A stretch of 64,000 nucleotides of DNA from an uncultured delta proteobacterium (GCA_963743525.1 CAVUQH010000003.1:544001-608000), one strand, 5' to 3'; numbered from the stretch's first letter, positions 20,584 to 36,544 are shown. Notes: a model not told the origin generated them from the sequence alone. Numbers and translations are program-made.

Positions 20584-21794
20584 CCGCCGAAGCGGAAGAT
20601 GATGCCGCCGACCAGCGGTATGCCCAGGCGCGGCTCGCCCATCGGCGGCGTGCTCAGGCGCACGTGGACGTCGGCCTCGAGGAAGTAGTCGATGGCGTAG
20701 CGCAACCGGTTGTCCTTGCGCGGCACCGAGAACAGCACGCCGAAGCCGCCCTCGGTCAGCACCAGCTGGTCGTCGCCGGTAGCGGTGCCCTTGCCGGCCA
20801 TGATCGCGGCGCGCAGGTACGGTCGCACCTTGCCGGTGGCGAGGTAGACGCGGCCCTCGGCGCCGGCGCCGGTGCTGCCCGCGCCGCCCAGGACGCCCAG
20901 GAAGGCGTCCAGCTCGAAGCGGTTGGAGCCGCTGCGCCAGCCGAGATCGAGCAGATAGCGGGCGCCGTTGCCGGTGGCGTCGAAGCCGAGCGACCAGCCG
21001 AACAGGTATTTGCTGCCCTCGGCCGGTGGTGGCGGCTCGCCGCCGACGTGGTCGAGGACCAACCGCACCTGGCGACTGCCGCCGGGCGTCACCTCGACCT
21101 CGCGCTGGGTGCTGCGGTAGCCGACCTTGCTGACGACCAGCTGGTATTTGCCTGCGGGCACGCTGCCGGTGTACGGCGTGTAGCCGGCGACGGCGCCGTT
21201 GATCTGCACCTCGGCACCATCGACGTTGGCGAAGACCATGATCACGCCCGGGCGGATCTCCAGGTCGAGGCGCACGGTCACCGCGTCGCCGTATGACAGC
21301 GTCACCGTCTGCGGTTGCGACCGCCGGCCGTTGGCGTCGAGGGCGAAGCTGTGCTCGCCGGCCGGCAGCGTCAGCTCGAGTGGCGCGGTGCCGCGCGTGT
21401 CGCCGTCGATGATCACCTGCGCGCCGGCCGGGCGGCCGACGACGTTGACCCGCGACGGCTTGGCCGCCAGCTCCTTTAGCAGCTTGGCGACCTGGGCGCG
21501 GTCTTTGGCGTCGGGCGACTCGTCGAGGTAGCGCTGGAAATAGTCGGCGGCGGTGCGGGCGTCGCCCAGCCGCTGGTAGTTGGTGGCGATGTTGAACAGC
21601 ACCGACGGGTGCGGGCTGGCGTCGTAGGCCGCCTGGTACTCGTCGATGGCCGCCTGCCAGTCGCTGCGCGCCTCGGCCTTTTGCGCCAGGGCGAAATGCT
21701 CGGCGGCCCTGGCGCGGTCATCGGCGGCGGCGGGTCGGGCCAGCTGCCCGAGGACGATCAGGGCGGCCAGCGCGGCGGCTGCGAGCGACTTCAC
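20580..21794 (-). CDS. TPR plus PEGA-domain secreted protein
   Basis: Signal peptide; YQAAY..SPHPSVLFNIA TPR; two PEGA repeats. Confidence 0.85.
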   Translation of the reverse strand: MKSLAAAALAALIVLGQLARPAAADDRARAAEHFALAQKAEARSDWQAAIDEYQAAYDASPHPSVLFNIATNYQRLGDARTAADYFQRYLDESPDAKDRAQVAKLLKELAAKPSRVNVVGRPAGAQVIIDGDTRGTAPLELTLPAGEHSFALDANGRRSQPQTVTLSYGDAVTVRLDLEIRPGVIMVFANVDGAEVQINGAVAGYTPYTGSVPAGKYQLVVSKVGYRSTQREVEVTPGGSRQVRLVLDHVGGEPPPPAEGSKYLFGWSLGFDATGNGARYLLDLGWRSGSNRFELDAFLGVLGGAGSTGAGAEGRVYLATGKVRPYLRAAIMAGKGTATGDDQLVLTEGGFGVLFSVPRKDNRLRYAIDYFLEADVHVRLSTPPMGEPRLGIPLVGGIIFRFGG

Positions 21795-21797
21795 GGC

Positions 21798-23505
<1,708 letters not shown>

Positions 23506-23522
23506 CGCTGGCGCTGCACCCG

Positions 23523-26061
<2,539 letters not shown>

Positions 26062-26063
<2 letters not shown>

Positions 26064-26640
26064 GGCCGTGCCGGGTCGAGCCCTTGGAGCGGTCGCCGTG
26101 GTGGCGACCATTGCGCTGGCGCTGGTCGTCTGGCAGCGCCACCGGAGTGGTGGGTCGGGAACCTCCCCGACGGTGGCGCAGACCGGGAGTGGCGCGGAAT
26201 CGCAGGCTCCCTTGCCAGCTCCGGTGCCGTCATCCGGCGCCCGCCAGCGGCCGGTCCTGGAGGTCCGGGACGGCGGCGCGGCCGGCGCCCCGGCGCTCCC
26301 CTTTGCCGACGAGACCCCCGATCCCGCCTGGGCCGATCCGCAGGAGGCCGACGTCGGCCGCATCGCCCGCACGGCGCTGGTCAACGGCAAGCTCGGCGAT
26401 GCCGCCGACGTGTCCAAGGTCGATTGCCGGCAGACCCGCTGCCGCTTCGACGTCATCGCCCGCGACCCCGCGCGTTTGCCCGACGTCCTCGCCGTTCTCG
26501 AGGACGACCGCGGCTTCTACGGCGTCGCCAAGGAGATGGCGGTGACCTCCATGGAGCGCAACGACGCCGGCGTCCCGGTGCGCATGACCATCGTGCTCAC
26601 CTTCGACCGCAACCCGCCCGGCGGCGACCCGGCGCACTAG
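26062..26640 (+). CDS. Hypothetical membrane-anchored protein
   Basis: N-terminal TM; DPAWA...VDCRQTRCRF motif. Confidence 0.7.
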
Positions 26641-26655
26641 CTCCGCGGGTGGCCG

Positions 26656-27312
26656 CTACGCCGCCACCAGATCCGCGATCGGGCTGTCGGTGCAGACGCT
26701 CTCGATGCACCGGCGCAGATGCGCGCGGATCTTGTGCTTCTTCGAGTAGACCGTCTTCAGGCTGATCGACATCTCGCTGGCGACCACCTCCGGCTCGAGC
26801 CCCTCTGCGTAGTAGAGGGCCAGGAAGGTCCGGTCCTTGTCGGAGAAGTCGGCCAGGATGCCGTTGAGCGCGCCCCAGCGCTCCTTCTCGATCAGGGTGT
26901 CGAGCGGCGTGCGGTCCGACTCCTCGTGCGGATCGGGCGCGCCGTCGAGCCGGTCGAGGATCGGCCGCCGGCCGACGGTGCGCAGGAAATCGTAGGTCGA
27001 ATTGATGCTGATCATGCCGATCCACGAGCTCAGCTTGGTCCCGCGCTGCGGGTTGTACAGCCGCAGCTTGCGCATGTCGTCGCGCAACAGGTTGAGCAGC
27101 ACCTCGGCGAAGATCTCGTCGACGTCGGCATTGGTCATCGACGGGCCGTACTTGCCGATCACCTTGGTGATGCAGCGGTAGATCAGCGCGCGGTACCGGC
27201 GCAGGAGCTCCGCCCAGGCGCGCTCTTCACTCCGGAGCACGCGGCGAAGGAGCTGGCGCTCGGTCCAATCGGCCGGGGTCGATGCAGAGGGTCGGCGGGC
27301 AAGCACGGGCAT
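26656..27312 (-). CDS. ECF sigma-70 factor
   Basis: AWAELLRRY, SSWIGMISIN, SLKTVYSKKHKIR. Confidence 0.88.
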   Translation of the reverse strand: MPVLARRPSASTPADWTERQLLRRVLRSEERAWAELLRRYRALIYRCITKVIGKYGPSMTNADVDEIFAEVLLNLLRDDMRKLRLYNPQRGTKLSSWIGMISINSTYDFLRTVGRRPILDRLDGAPDPHEESDRTPLDTLIEKERWGALNGILADFSDKDRTFLALYYAEGLEPEVVASEMSISLKTVYSKKHKIRAHLRRCIESVCTDSPIADLVAA

Positions 27313-27324
27313 GCCCGCACCATG

Positions 27325-27340
27325 AGCAAGCCGGATGCCA
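27325..27340 (-). promoter_or_regulatory. Sigma54 -24/-12 promoter
   Basis: TGGCATCCGGCTTGCT (GG-N10-GC), 12 nt upstream of the ECF start. Confidence 0.65.
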
Positions 27341-27498
27341 CCACTAACCCTGCGGAATCATGCGCTCGAATCCGGACTAGCATGGTGCCCCAGACCAAGG
27401 TTTGGTTTTTTCCACCGACGCGGGGAAGGTCGCATGGGACCAAGCCGTACAAGCCTTTCCCGCCGGGATCGTTGCCCGCCGGGGAGGATCGCGACGGG

Positions 27499-28989
27499 CT
27501 ATGCCTTGGCGACCGCGACCTGCCAGCGGGCGCGGATCTCCTCGACGTAGGCGCGGTCGGCGGCCGGCTCGAACCGCCGCTCCTGGCGCCAGACGTCGGC
27601 GATCTCCTGCTTGCTCTTCCACACCCCGGCGCCGAGGCCGGCGAGGAAGGCCGCGCCCAGCGCCGTGGTCTCGAGGATCTCGGGCCGGGCGATGGCGACG
27701 CTGAGCACGTCGCACTGGGTCTGCATCAGCAGGTCGTTGGCCGAGGCCCCGCCGTCCACCTTGAGCGTGGTCAGCGCCCGACCGCTGTCGCGCTGCATCG
27801 CGTCGAGGAGGTCGCCGATCTGCAGCGCGATCCCCTCCAACGCCGCCCGCGCGATGTGCCCCCGGGTGGTGCCGCGGGTGATGCCGCTGATCAGGCCGCG
27901 CGCCTCGGGGCGCCAGTGCGGCGCGCCCAGTCCGGCCAGCGCCGGGACCAGGGTGACGCCGCCCGAGTCGGGGACCTCCCGGGCAAGCGCTTCGACGTCG
28001 GCCGCGTTGTCGATGATCTTCAGCCCGTCGCGCAGCCACTGCACCGCGGCGCCGGCGATGAAGGTCGCGCCCTCGAGGGCGTAGCTGGTCTCGCCGGCCT
28101 CGGCGCCGGTGCCCAGCTTCCAGCCGACGGTGGTCAACAGGCCCGAGCTCGACGCCACCGGCTCGGCGCCGGTGTTCATCAGGATGAAGGCGCCGGTGCC
28201 GTAGGTGCACTTGGCGTCGCCGGGGGCGAAGCAGGCCTGGCCGAACAGCGCTGCCTGCTGGTCGCCGGCCATGCCCGCGATGGGGATGCCGTCGGGCAGC
28301 CCGGGCACGCCGCGGGTCTCGCCGTAGATCTCGGCGCAGCTCTTGACCTCGGGCAGCATCGCCATGGGCACGCCCAGCCGCTCGCACAGCTCGGGGTCCC
28401 AGGCCAGGTCGCGCAGGCCGAACAGCAGCGTTCGCGAGGCGTTGGAGACGTCGGTCACGTGGGCGGCGCCGCCGGTGAGGCGGGCGACCAGGTAGGAGTC
28501 GACGGTGCCGAAGACCAGGTCGCCGGCGGCGGCGCGGGCGCGGCGCGACGGATCCTCGTCGAGCATCCAGCGGATCTTGGTGCCCGAGAAGTACGGGTCC
28601 AGGACCAGCCCGGTGCGCTGGCGGAAGGTGGCCTCGTGGCCGTCGCTCTTCAGCTGCTGGCACAGGTCGGCGGTGCGGCGGTCCTGCCAGACGATGGCGG
28701 TGCGCTCGGGGCGCAGCGTGGCCCGGTCCCACAGGACCGTGGTCTCGCGCTGGTTGGTGATGCCGATCGCCTTCAGCTCGGCCGGCGACACCCCCGCCTG
28801 GCCCAGCGCCCCGGCGATCGCCTCGGTCACGGAGTCCCAGATGGCGGCCGGGTCGTGCTCGACCCAGCCCGGTTTTGGGTAAATCTGGGGGAAATCGACC
28901 GTGCGCCGGCCACGGATCGCCAGCTCTTCGTCGAGCACCAGCACCGTCGTTCCCGTCGTCCCCTGATCGATCGAAATGACGTAGCCCAT
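27499..28989 (-). CDS. glpK: Glycerol kinase
   Basis: [40 protein letters not shown]. Confidence 0.96.
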   Translation of the reverse strand: MGYVISIDQGTTGTTVLVLDEELAIRGRRTVDFPQIYPKPGWVEHDPAAIWDSVTEAIAGALGQAGVSPAELKAIGITNQRETTVLWDRATLRPERTAIVWQDRRTADLCQQLKSDGHEATFRQRTGLVLDPYFSGTKIRWMLDEDPSRRARAAAGDLVFGTVDSYLVARLTGGAAHVTDVSNASRTLLFGLRDLAWDPELCERLGVPMAMLPEVKSCAEIYGETRGVPGLPDGIPIAGMAGDQQAALFGQACFAPGDAKCTYGTGAFILMNTGAEPVASSSGLLTTVGWKLGTGAEAGETSYALEGATFIAGAAVQWLRDGLKIIDNAADVEALAREVPDSGGVTLVPALAGLGAPHWRPEARGLISGITRGTTRGHIARAALEGIALQIGDLLDAMQRDSGRALTTLKVDGGASANDLLMQTQCDVLSVAIARPEILETTALGAAFLAGLGAGVWKSKQEIADVWRQERRFEPAADRAYVEEIRARWQVAVAKA

Positions 28990-29099
28990 GACGCTCCTTG
29001 CGGTATCACACCGGTGCGTACATTGACAGTAGGGGAACCTGCAGAATACAACCGGATTTGGCCAAGCGGCCCCCCTCTGGGTGGCGTGGACCGCGCCCG

Positions 29100-29981
29100 A
29101 TGAGTGAGTGGAAGACCCGGATAACCAAGGTACAGATCGTCAAGCCACCGACCGGTGGCGGCGAGTCCTGCCTGGTCCTCATCTACCCGCCCGGCGGCGA
29201 CATGGGCAAACGCTTCGCTCTCGATCGCGACGAAGTCGTGCTCGGGCGCGGCAGCGACTGTGACGTGCAGATCGATCGCGACTCGGTGTCGCGCCGTCAC
29301 GCCCGCATCTTTCGCGTCGGCGACCAGTGGGTCGCCGAAGACCTGCAGTCGACCAACGGCAGCTACGTCAACGACGTGCCGATCCAGCGCTCGCCTCTGC
29401 GCGACGGCGACTTCCTCAAGATCGGCGCGGCCATCTTCAAGTTCCTGTCCGGCGCCGGCGTCGAGGCGTCGTACCACGAAGAGATCTACAAGATGACCAT
29501 CGTGGACGCCCTGACCGGCGCCCACAACAAGCGCTACTTCCTGGAGTTCCTCGAGCGCGAGATCGCCCGCTGCGCGCGCTACGGCCGCCCGCTGTCGCTG
29601 CTGATGTTCGACATCGATCACTTCAAGGCGATCAACGACACCCACGGCCACCTCACCGGCGACTTCGTGCTCAAGGAGATGCTCCGCCGCCTGCTCCAGC
29701 GGGTGCGCAAAGAAGAGCTGATGGCTCGCTACGGCGGCGAGGAGTTCGCCTCGGTCCTGCCCGAGACCGACAACGAAGGCGCCATGCACGTGGCCGAAGA
29801 GTTCCGCGCCATCGTCGCCAACGAACCGTTCGAATACGAAGGCGACACCATCACGGTGACCATCTCCATCGGTGTCGCCACCCTCCACGGCGAGAACATC
29901 GACCCCGCGTCGTTCATCAAGCGCGCCGACGAGAACCTCTACAACGCCAAACGCAACGGGCGAAACCGCGTCGTCGGCTAG
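29100..29981 (+). CDS. FHA-GGDEF diguanylate cyclase
   Basis: [16 protein letters not shown] (FHA); DALTG, DIDHFK, RYGGEEF. Confidence 0.93.
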   Translation: MSEWKTRITKVQIVKPPTGGGESCLVLIYPPGGDMGKRFALDRDEVVLGRGSDCDVQIDRDSVSRRHARIFRVGDQWVAEDLQSTNGSYVNDVPIQRSPLRDGDFLKIGAAIFKFLSGAGVEASYHEEIYKMTIVDALTGAHNKRYFLEFLEREIARCARYGRPLSLLMFDIDHFKAINDTHGHLTGDFVLKEMLRRLLQRVRKEELMARYGGEEFASVLPETDNEGAMHVAEEFRAIVANEPFEYEGDTITVTISIGVATLHGENIDPASFIKRADENLYNAKRNGRNRVVG

Positions 29982-29996
29982 GCGAGTTGCCGCGCC

Positions 29997-30497
29997 CTAC
30001 TTGTCGAGCCGTTGGCGGAGTCTGTAGAGCGCCGGCCGGGAGATGCCTAGAATTCGCGCCGCCGCGGCGACGTTGCCGTCGCTTGCGATCAACGCGTCAC
30101 GCACTGCCCGTCGCTGGGCCGCGCGCAAGTCGAATCCCTCGCGTGAGTGCTGCACGCGCGAGGTTGCGCGGCGACGGGAGCCCGCGCGTCGAATCAGATG
30201 GGGCACCACCCGCGGGAACTGCTCGGTCGGGATGACGTAATCGGCGTAGTCGATGATGCGAGTCGGCCGTGTGGAGTCGGCGACCACGACGAACACCGAG
30301 ACGATGCTCGCGTAGTGCCGCGCCAGCAAACGAAGCGCGGGATCGTCCGTGTACTTGGCGACGACGATCACGCCCTGCTCGAACCCGACGCGGAACGCCT
30401 CACGCGGTGACGAGACGCAAATGTACCGCGCGCAAGGCAACCCGCGGGGCGGGGCGACTCCAATGCAGAGCATCAGCTGAGTGCCGAGAGCCGACAT
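29997..30497 (-). CDS. Small Fis-type HTH protein
   Basis: ALIASDGNVAAAARILGISRPALYR; no AAA+ domain. Confidence 0.75.
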   Translation of the reverse strand: MSALGTQLMLCIGVAPPRGLPCARYICVSSPREAFRVGFEQGVIVVAKYTDDPALRLLARHYASIVSVFVVVADSTRPTRIIDYADYVIPTEQFPRVVPHLIRRAGSRRRATSRVQHSREGFDLRAAQRRAVRDALIASDGNVAAAARILGISRPALYRLRQRLDK

Positions 30498-30682
30498 CGG
30501 TTGCCCAAGTATCTGTAGCCCTCTGCCGTGGGGTCAATGGGCCAGAAATCTGGCCCCGGAGGGTGTCGGGGAGATCGCCGACAACGAGCGTGTCGCTCAA
30601 GCGCAAAGATCAGGCAACCGAACCGCGGCTCATCCCGATAACGCAGGGCGGGCACCGGATTCAGAACCGGTGTGCGCTCGTC

Positions 30683-31366
30683 ATGTCGAGAAAACACAGT
30701 CGCATCCGTCAGCGTGTTGACCGTATCGCCCGACAGGTCACTTCGGAGCTCTTGCCTCAAATCGACTCGAGTGTTCCTTTGGTCCTCGTCCACGAGGAGC
30801 ACCTAGGTGGCGTTGGGCGCTATCTGTCCGCTCTTCGCGCAGCCTTGCCTCGGGCTGCCATGGTGCGTGTGCTTTCCTCCGGGGACTCGCCAGAGTCACC
30901 TCACTTGCGCGGCGCCTGGCTGGCTGTTGCCGCCTCCGGGTGCGCGCGATCGTTGGCCGACTACCTGTCTACGCAAGCGCCGCTCGCGGAGATGGTCGTC
31001 GTCACTCACGGAGACGTGCCGGACCTTCCCGTTCCCTGGTATCCGTGTTCGGAGCTAGAAGAGCTGGTCAGTTGTGTGGCTGACGTCTTCTCGCTGATCG
31101 TCGCGTATCGGCCGATGGCCGCACGCAGCTACCTGCGCACCGCGATTGGAGAACGAGTCGCGGCCGAGTACTCTTGCGGCACCGCGCGAGCCATGGGCTA
31201 CGATCTGCCACCGACCCCGACGCCTCCGAGCCTGCGCGAAGTCGAGCGAGACGCGGTTCGTCGCGCTCTCCATGCATCGGGCGGCCGAAAGCGAAATGCC
31301 GCCCGCCTGTCGGGTGTGAGCCCCGGTCAACTCTATCGTTTGCTCGATCGAGACCAGGAATACTAG
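30683..31366 (+). CDS. Fis-type HTH protein
   Basis: SLREVERDAVRRALHASGGRKRNAARLSGVSPGQLYRLL. Confidence 0.65.
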   Translation: MSRKHSRIRQRVDRIARQVTSELLPQIDSSVPLVLVHEEHLGGVGRYLSALRAALPRAAMVRVLSSGDSPESPHLRGAWLAVAASGCARSLADYLSTQAPLAEMVVVTHGDVPDLPVPWYPCSELEELVSCVADVFSLIVAYRPMAARSYLRTAIGERVAAEYSCGTARAMGYDLPPTPTPPSLREVERDAVRRALHASGGRKRNAARLSGVSPGQLYRLLDRDQEY

Positions 31367-31514
31367 TGTCTGTGGGTCAAGACGAGCGCAGGGAAGACGC
31401 ATGCTTTCTCGCGGATCGTTGGTTGACGGGTAGAGGGATCCGTCTAATATCAGTTGGCCGTATCGCGATTTGGCCTAGCGGTCAATCACGCAAGACAGCG
31501 CGCGGACCCTCCTG

Positions 31515-32516
31515 ATGTCAAAGAGCCGTTTTCGCAGAGTTGCGCAGAAGCTCACCCTGGTAGTTGTCGGGATCGTCATCTCGCTGTTCCTCGGTGAATG
31601 CATCATTCGCGCTACTGGCCTGGCCCCGGAGGTCGTCTCGGTCGAAAAGGGACGCTTCCGGCTGTCACCGAACAAGAAGATCGGCTACGAGCCGGTGCCG
31701 GGGAAGGACTACTCCGGGAAGTCACTCGATTTCTACGATTACCGGGGCAAGGCAAACAGCCTCGGCTATCGCGACTACGAGCATCCGCTCGAGAAGCCGC
31801 CCGGGCGATATCGCATCCTCGTACTCGGTGACAGCATCACCGCGGGGCTATTCGTTCCCAAGAACGAGCAGATGTTCTCCAGCGTGCTCGAGCGGACGCT
31901 GAACATGCGCGGGCTGAAGGTCGAGGTGATGAATTTCGGCGTTTCCGGCTACGACACGCAACAGGAGGTCGAGACCTTCAAGGAGCGTGGTCGGCAATAC
32001 CATCCCGACCTGGTAATCCTCGCCTACTGCCTCAATGATCGGGAGCGAAACGACGGTGGCATCCTGGCGACACTGCTGGCGCAGGCCCATGGCTCGAAGT
32101 CGGCCTTTGGCAACAGCTCGCTGCTGCACAAGAGCGCACTGTTTCGGTTCATCTGGTACCGGGTCCTGAAGGAGCACAAGAAGCACCTCGGCGAATACGC
32201 CGAGATCGGACAAGACACCGTCGACCAGTACGTTACCGAGCTCGCGCAGCTGGCGAAGAAGGATGGCTTCGACGTTCTGGTCACGGTGTTTCCCGAGCTG
32301 TCGAACTTGAACGACTACGAGGCACAGGCCCAGAACGACTTCATCGAAGCCATCGCCAAGCGAAACCACCTCGCCGTGCTCGATCTCCTGGATGCGTTTC
32401 GACGTTGCGGGGGCAATCTCGCCCACGATCACTATCACCCGAACCTGCGCGGTCACCTGTGCGCGGGCCATGCGATCGCTGATCGGGTGGAGCCTCTGGT
32501 GCGTGGTCGCAAGTGA
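31515..32516 (+). CDS. SGNH/GDSL hydrolase
   Basis: NSLGYRD, LGDSIT, NFGVSGY, CLND, DHYHPN. Confidence 0.9.
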   Translation: MSKSRFRRVAQKLTLVVVGIVISLFLGECIIRATGLAPEVVSVEKGRFRLSPNKKIGYEPVPGKDYSGKSLDFYDYRGKANSLGYRDYEHPLEKPPGRYRILVLGDSITAGLFVPKNEQMFSSVLERTLNMRGLKVEVMNFGVSGYDTQQEVETFKERGRQYHPDLVILAYCLNDRERNDGGILATLLAQAHGSKSAFGNSSLLHKSALFRFIWYRVLKEHKKHLGEYAEIGQDTVDQYVTELAQLAKKDGFDVLVTVFPELSNLNDYEAQAQNDFIEAIAKRNHLAVLDLLDAFRRCGGNLAHDHYHPNLRGHLCAGHAIADRVEPLVRGRK

Positions 32517-34338
32517 CGGCGATCCTGGGCATCTCCGCCTTCTATCACGACTCGGCGGCCGCGCTGGTGGTCGACGGCGAGATTGTCGCCGCCGCTCAGG
32601 AGGAACGCTTCAGCCGCCGCAAACACGACCGCTCTTTCCCCCGCGCGGCGGTCGAATACTGCCTCGCCGAAGCGGGGATCGCGCCCGCGCAGCTCGACTA
32701 CGTCGGCTTCTACGAGAAGCCGTTGCTGAAGTTCGACCGGCTGCTGGAGACCTACCTGGCGTATGCGCCGCGCGGGTTTCGCTCGTTCCTCCACGCGATG
32801 CCGCTGTGGCTGCGGCAGAAGCTGCATCTCCCGCGAGATCCGCCGGGGGCTGGGCGGCGCTATCGCAAGCGATCGTCTTCACCGAGCACCACGAATCGCA
32901 CGCCGCCAGCGCGTTCTTTCCCTCGCCGTTCGACGAGGCGGCCATCCTGACCCTCGACGGCGTCGGCGAATGGGCCACGACCAGCATCGGCCGCGGTCGC
33001 GGCAATCGGATCGAGCTCATCGCGCGAGCTGCGCTTCCCGCATTCGCTGGGCCTGCTCTATTCCGCCTTCACGTACTTCACCGGTTTCAAGGTCAATTCC
33101 GGCGAGTACAAACTGATGGGGCTGGCGCCCTACGGCGAGCCGCGTACGTCGACGTGATCCTCGACAAGCTGATCGACCTCAAGGACGACGGCTCGTTCCG
33201 GCTGAACCTGGAGTACTTCAACTATTGCCAGGGCCTGACGATGACCTCGCCGCGGTTCGACCGCCTGTTCGGCGGCCCGCCGCGCGCTGCCCGAGTCGCC
33301 GATCACCCAGCGCGAGATGGACCTCGCGGCGTCGATCCAGGCAGTCACCGAGGAGATCATGCTGCGGCTGTGCTCGACACGTCCACGCGCAGACCGGCTC
33401 GAAGCACCTCTGTCTGGCCGGCGGCGTGGCACTCAACTGCGTCGCCAACGGACGCATCCTGCGCGAAGGACCGTTCGACGGATCTGGATTCAGCCGGCGG
33501 CCGGAGACGCCGGCGGCGCGCTGGGCGTCGCGCTCGTTCATCTGGCACCAGCTGCTCGGACAACGAGCGGAATCCGGTCGACGCACGACCGCCAGCACGG
33601 ATCGCTGCTCGGGCCGCGTTACACCGACGAGCGAGATCCGGGCGTCTGCTCGACCAGCGCGGGCGTTCGTTACCAGACCTTCGACGACGACGAGCACTGT
33701 GCGACGGTGTGGCCGAGCTGACTGGCCGACGGCAAGGTCGTCGGCTGGTTCCAGGGCCGGATGGAGTTCGGCCCGCGGCGCTCGGCCCCGCAGCATCCTC
33801 GGCGATCCGCGCAAGCCCGAGATGCAGTCGGTCATGAACCTCAAGATCAAGTTTCGCGAGTCGTTCCGTCCGTTCGCGCCGTCAGTGCTCGAGGCGCAGG
33901 CGCACGAGTAGTTCGCGCTCGACGAAGGGGTCGAGAGCCCGTACATGCTGGTGGTCGCCGGGGTCCGCTCGGTTCAGCGGCGACGGCGAGGAGCTGCCGT
34001 CGGGCTGGACAAGCTCAAGCACGCCCGTCCGACGTTCCCGCGGTCACCCATGTCGACGACTCCGCGCGGGTCCAGACCGTCGACGAGCCCCGGCACGGTC
34101 GCTATTACCAGCTCTTGCTCGAGTTCGATCGACCACCGGATGTCCGGTGGTCATCAACACCAGCTTCAACGTGCGCGGCGAGCCGATCGTCTGCACTCCG
34201 GAGGACGCCTATCGCTGCTTCCTGGCGACCAATATCGATGTTCTCGCAATCGAGCGAACGATCGTCGACAAGGAGCCGGGGCAGGTAGTGGACAGTGCCG
34301 AGGTCGATGATTACCTCGGCCAGTACGATCTGGACTGA
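32513..34338 (+). pseudogene. NodU/CmcH carbamoyltransferase, multiply frameshifted
   Basis: [79 protein letters not shown] spread over three frames. Confidence 0.88.
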
Positions 34339-34343
34339 GACGC

Positions 34344-34757
34344 ATGGCTGTCATCGAGATCAACTGGAACCCGGGGCGAGGTCAGCTGCGATGGTTCGCC
34401 GCGTTGTGGTTTCCCCTGGCGGCCACCGCCCTGGGCTGGTTCTTGTGGAGAACCGCCGGCGACACGGCCGGCGAGTGGGCATGGGGCATAGGCGCCGCCC
34501 TCGCGGTCGCCGCCAACACCAGTCTGTCCGTGGCGCGGGCGATCTACGTTGCTCTGATGGTCGCGACCAGCCCGATTGGCATCGTCGTAGCGTATGTCAT
34601 GCTGGCCTTCGTGTTCTACCTGCTGCTCACCCCAATTGGCGTCCTGTCGAGGTTGGTGCGGCGAGACCCGATGCGCAGATCCGAGCCACCCGGCGATAGC
34701 CATTTCGAAGATTGTCACCGGGACAGAACGCTCGACCGGTATTTCCGGCAATACTAG
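34344..34757 (+). CDS. SxtJ-family membrane protein
   Basis: QLRWF...FYLLLTPIG...RRDPM...YFRQY, directly after the carbamoyltransferase. Confidence 0.75.
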   Translation: MAVIEINWNPGRGQLRWFAALWFPLAATALGWFLWRTAGDTAGEWAWGIGAALAVAANTSLSVARAIYVALMVATSPIGIVVAYVMLAFVFYLLLTPIGVLSRLVRRDPMRRSEPPGDSHFEDCHRDRTLDRYFRQY

Positions 34758-34768
34758 GAGTCCTGAGA

Positions 34769-34981
34769 ATGGCCGAACAGAAGACACCCGAAAAGGCCGC
34801 GCCGTCCCTCGCCTCGCTGGCTACGCAGGGTAAGCAGGGCTTCCTTGGGGAGCTTCTAGGTATGCTGTGGAGCCACAAGAAGTGGTGGCTCACTCCCATC
34901 GTACTGGTGCTTCTCGCCCTGGCTGTGCTCATCGTCCTGGGCGGCACCGGCGCAGCGCCGTTCATCTACACCATCTTCTAG
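34769..34981 (+). CDS. DUF5989/SxtK-like small protein
   Basis: KKWWLTPIVLVLL...AAPFIYTIF. Confidence 0.8.
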   Translation: MAEQKTPEKAAPSLASLATQGKQGFLGELLGMLWSHKKWWLTPIVLVLLALAVLIVLGGTGAAPFIYTIF

Positions 34982-34992
34982 GTAGGACTGAA

Positions 34993-35016
34993 ATGGGCGG
35001 CCCGAAGGCCGCCCAT
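34993..35016 (-). terminator. Intrinsic terminator-like hairpin
   Basis: ATGGGCGGCC-TTCG-GGCCGCCCAT followed by TT on the minus strand, between convergent genes. Confidence 0.7.
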
Positions 35017-35045
35017 ATAACAACTCCGTCCGCTGGCAGGTTCTT

Positions 35046-36544
35046 TGGTCAGTAGTTGAACTGACGGCAGTAGATCTCGATGCCGGACGGTCGGCGAAGG
35101 GTAGGCGTTCTGCTTCGCCCATGTGCGCAGCCCGACCAGGAATTCGCCAGACGAGCATTTCAGCTCGTGCAGCGTGCCGCCGCCGCCGCCGTGGAGAGGC
35201 GATTCGCTGAGGACTTTGGGGGATTCGTGGAGCAGTTGACTGGGTTCACGCAGATGGTGCAGCCGCGTCGATGCGTGAACCCGAGCGAAGGCGCAGGCAG
35301 AACAGGGCTTGGCCCAGCACAGGGCTGTGAACACCGCGCACAGTTCCACCCGTCCATTGCGTGACGTGCAGCTTGTCGTCCCCGACGGCAACGACGGGGT
35401 CGTTGTTGACATCGTGCGACGTCGGTAACAGGACATGCCGATGTTGTCAACCTCAGCGCCCGAGTGACCGTAGATTCCGGCCCCACACCTGCACCAAGGC
35501 ATGCCTCGATGCCTGTGGAACTGCGAAAGGTAGGCGTTGTTGGGGAAGCGTGATGCGGGGGGTATTCTCGCATACGGTTGCAGCTGATCGATGCGTGCGA
35601 ACGGCCATGATCTTCAGCGCATGCGACGGGGCAGCCCGCAGGAGTGGTGTGGTGGCGGATCGCCAAATCTGCGGAGTAGGTGTGGGTTGGTGCTGGCGTA
35701 AAGAGATCGGTGTTTCGCGTGCAAGTTCGGTGAGCTGCGAACGATGGATACGACCGAGAAATATCGAATATCGGATGGCAGTAAAGTTTCGGTGCACGAG
35801 TCGTTGTAGGCGCACGTGGGTGGTCGCTGTGCACGCTGCAATGGACTGAATTCGGTTGATGTAGTTCGAGGAATCGACGTCATTCCGGTTACACTCGTTC
35901 TGCGGGCAGCGCAGGTCGTACGGCTCGCACGACACCGCAATCCGGGCCAGGATCGTGTCGTCGTAGGTGTTGCTCGTGCGACTGAGGCCTTGATGCATGT
36001 AGTTCTGATGAGCGCGGCTGCAACGATGCTGAACGGGTACCGAGTGTTGGGGTCGGGATGATTCCATCCTGCGTGTGTGTCGCCGTCGACGGTGAGGCGA
36101 GATGGTGAGTAGTTGGTGATTGCTCCGTGTACTGTAATGAGCTCCTCGGAGTAGCCGTGTACGGTCCAACAGAAGCGCATGGAGGATGTTGGTACGTTGA
36201 CTGAGCGCACCCCGGAGGTTTGCATTCAATCGTGTGGGCTGCGAGCGGAGGCGGGTGATGGCGTCTCGACATGTACCGTGCATCTCGGTATGACCGCCGA
36301 TTCAGACACTCGCGGAAGTCTGACATCCGATCCGGGCAGTGATGAAATTCATCGCGGCATTGAGGCTCGACTGATAGCCGAGCAGTTCTGGAAGGACCAG
36401 CTTCGTTCAATTCTGGGTGGTGCTGCGACGTCAACATCGACATCGACATCGGCATTGGCGCGGAATCGTCATCTCCGTGTCAAACAGGCGGCACAGGAGG
36501 GTCGTAATCACACTAGTGGCAATACACAGGGTAGATGGTTTCAT
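35046..36544 (-). pseudogene. Frameshifted secreted protein with jacalin-like C-terminal motifs
   Basis: Fragments MKPSTLCIATSV, WSFQNCSA, AGWNHPDP, GIYGHSGAEVDNIG, HGGGGGTLHELKCSSGEFLVGLR in different frames. Boundaries approximate. Confidence 0.45.

Noticed and set aside
32513..34981. Saxitoxin biosynthesis cluster
   Set aside because: Only sxtIJK-like genes are present; no sxtA/sxtG or other core genes in the window.
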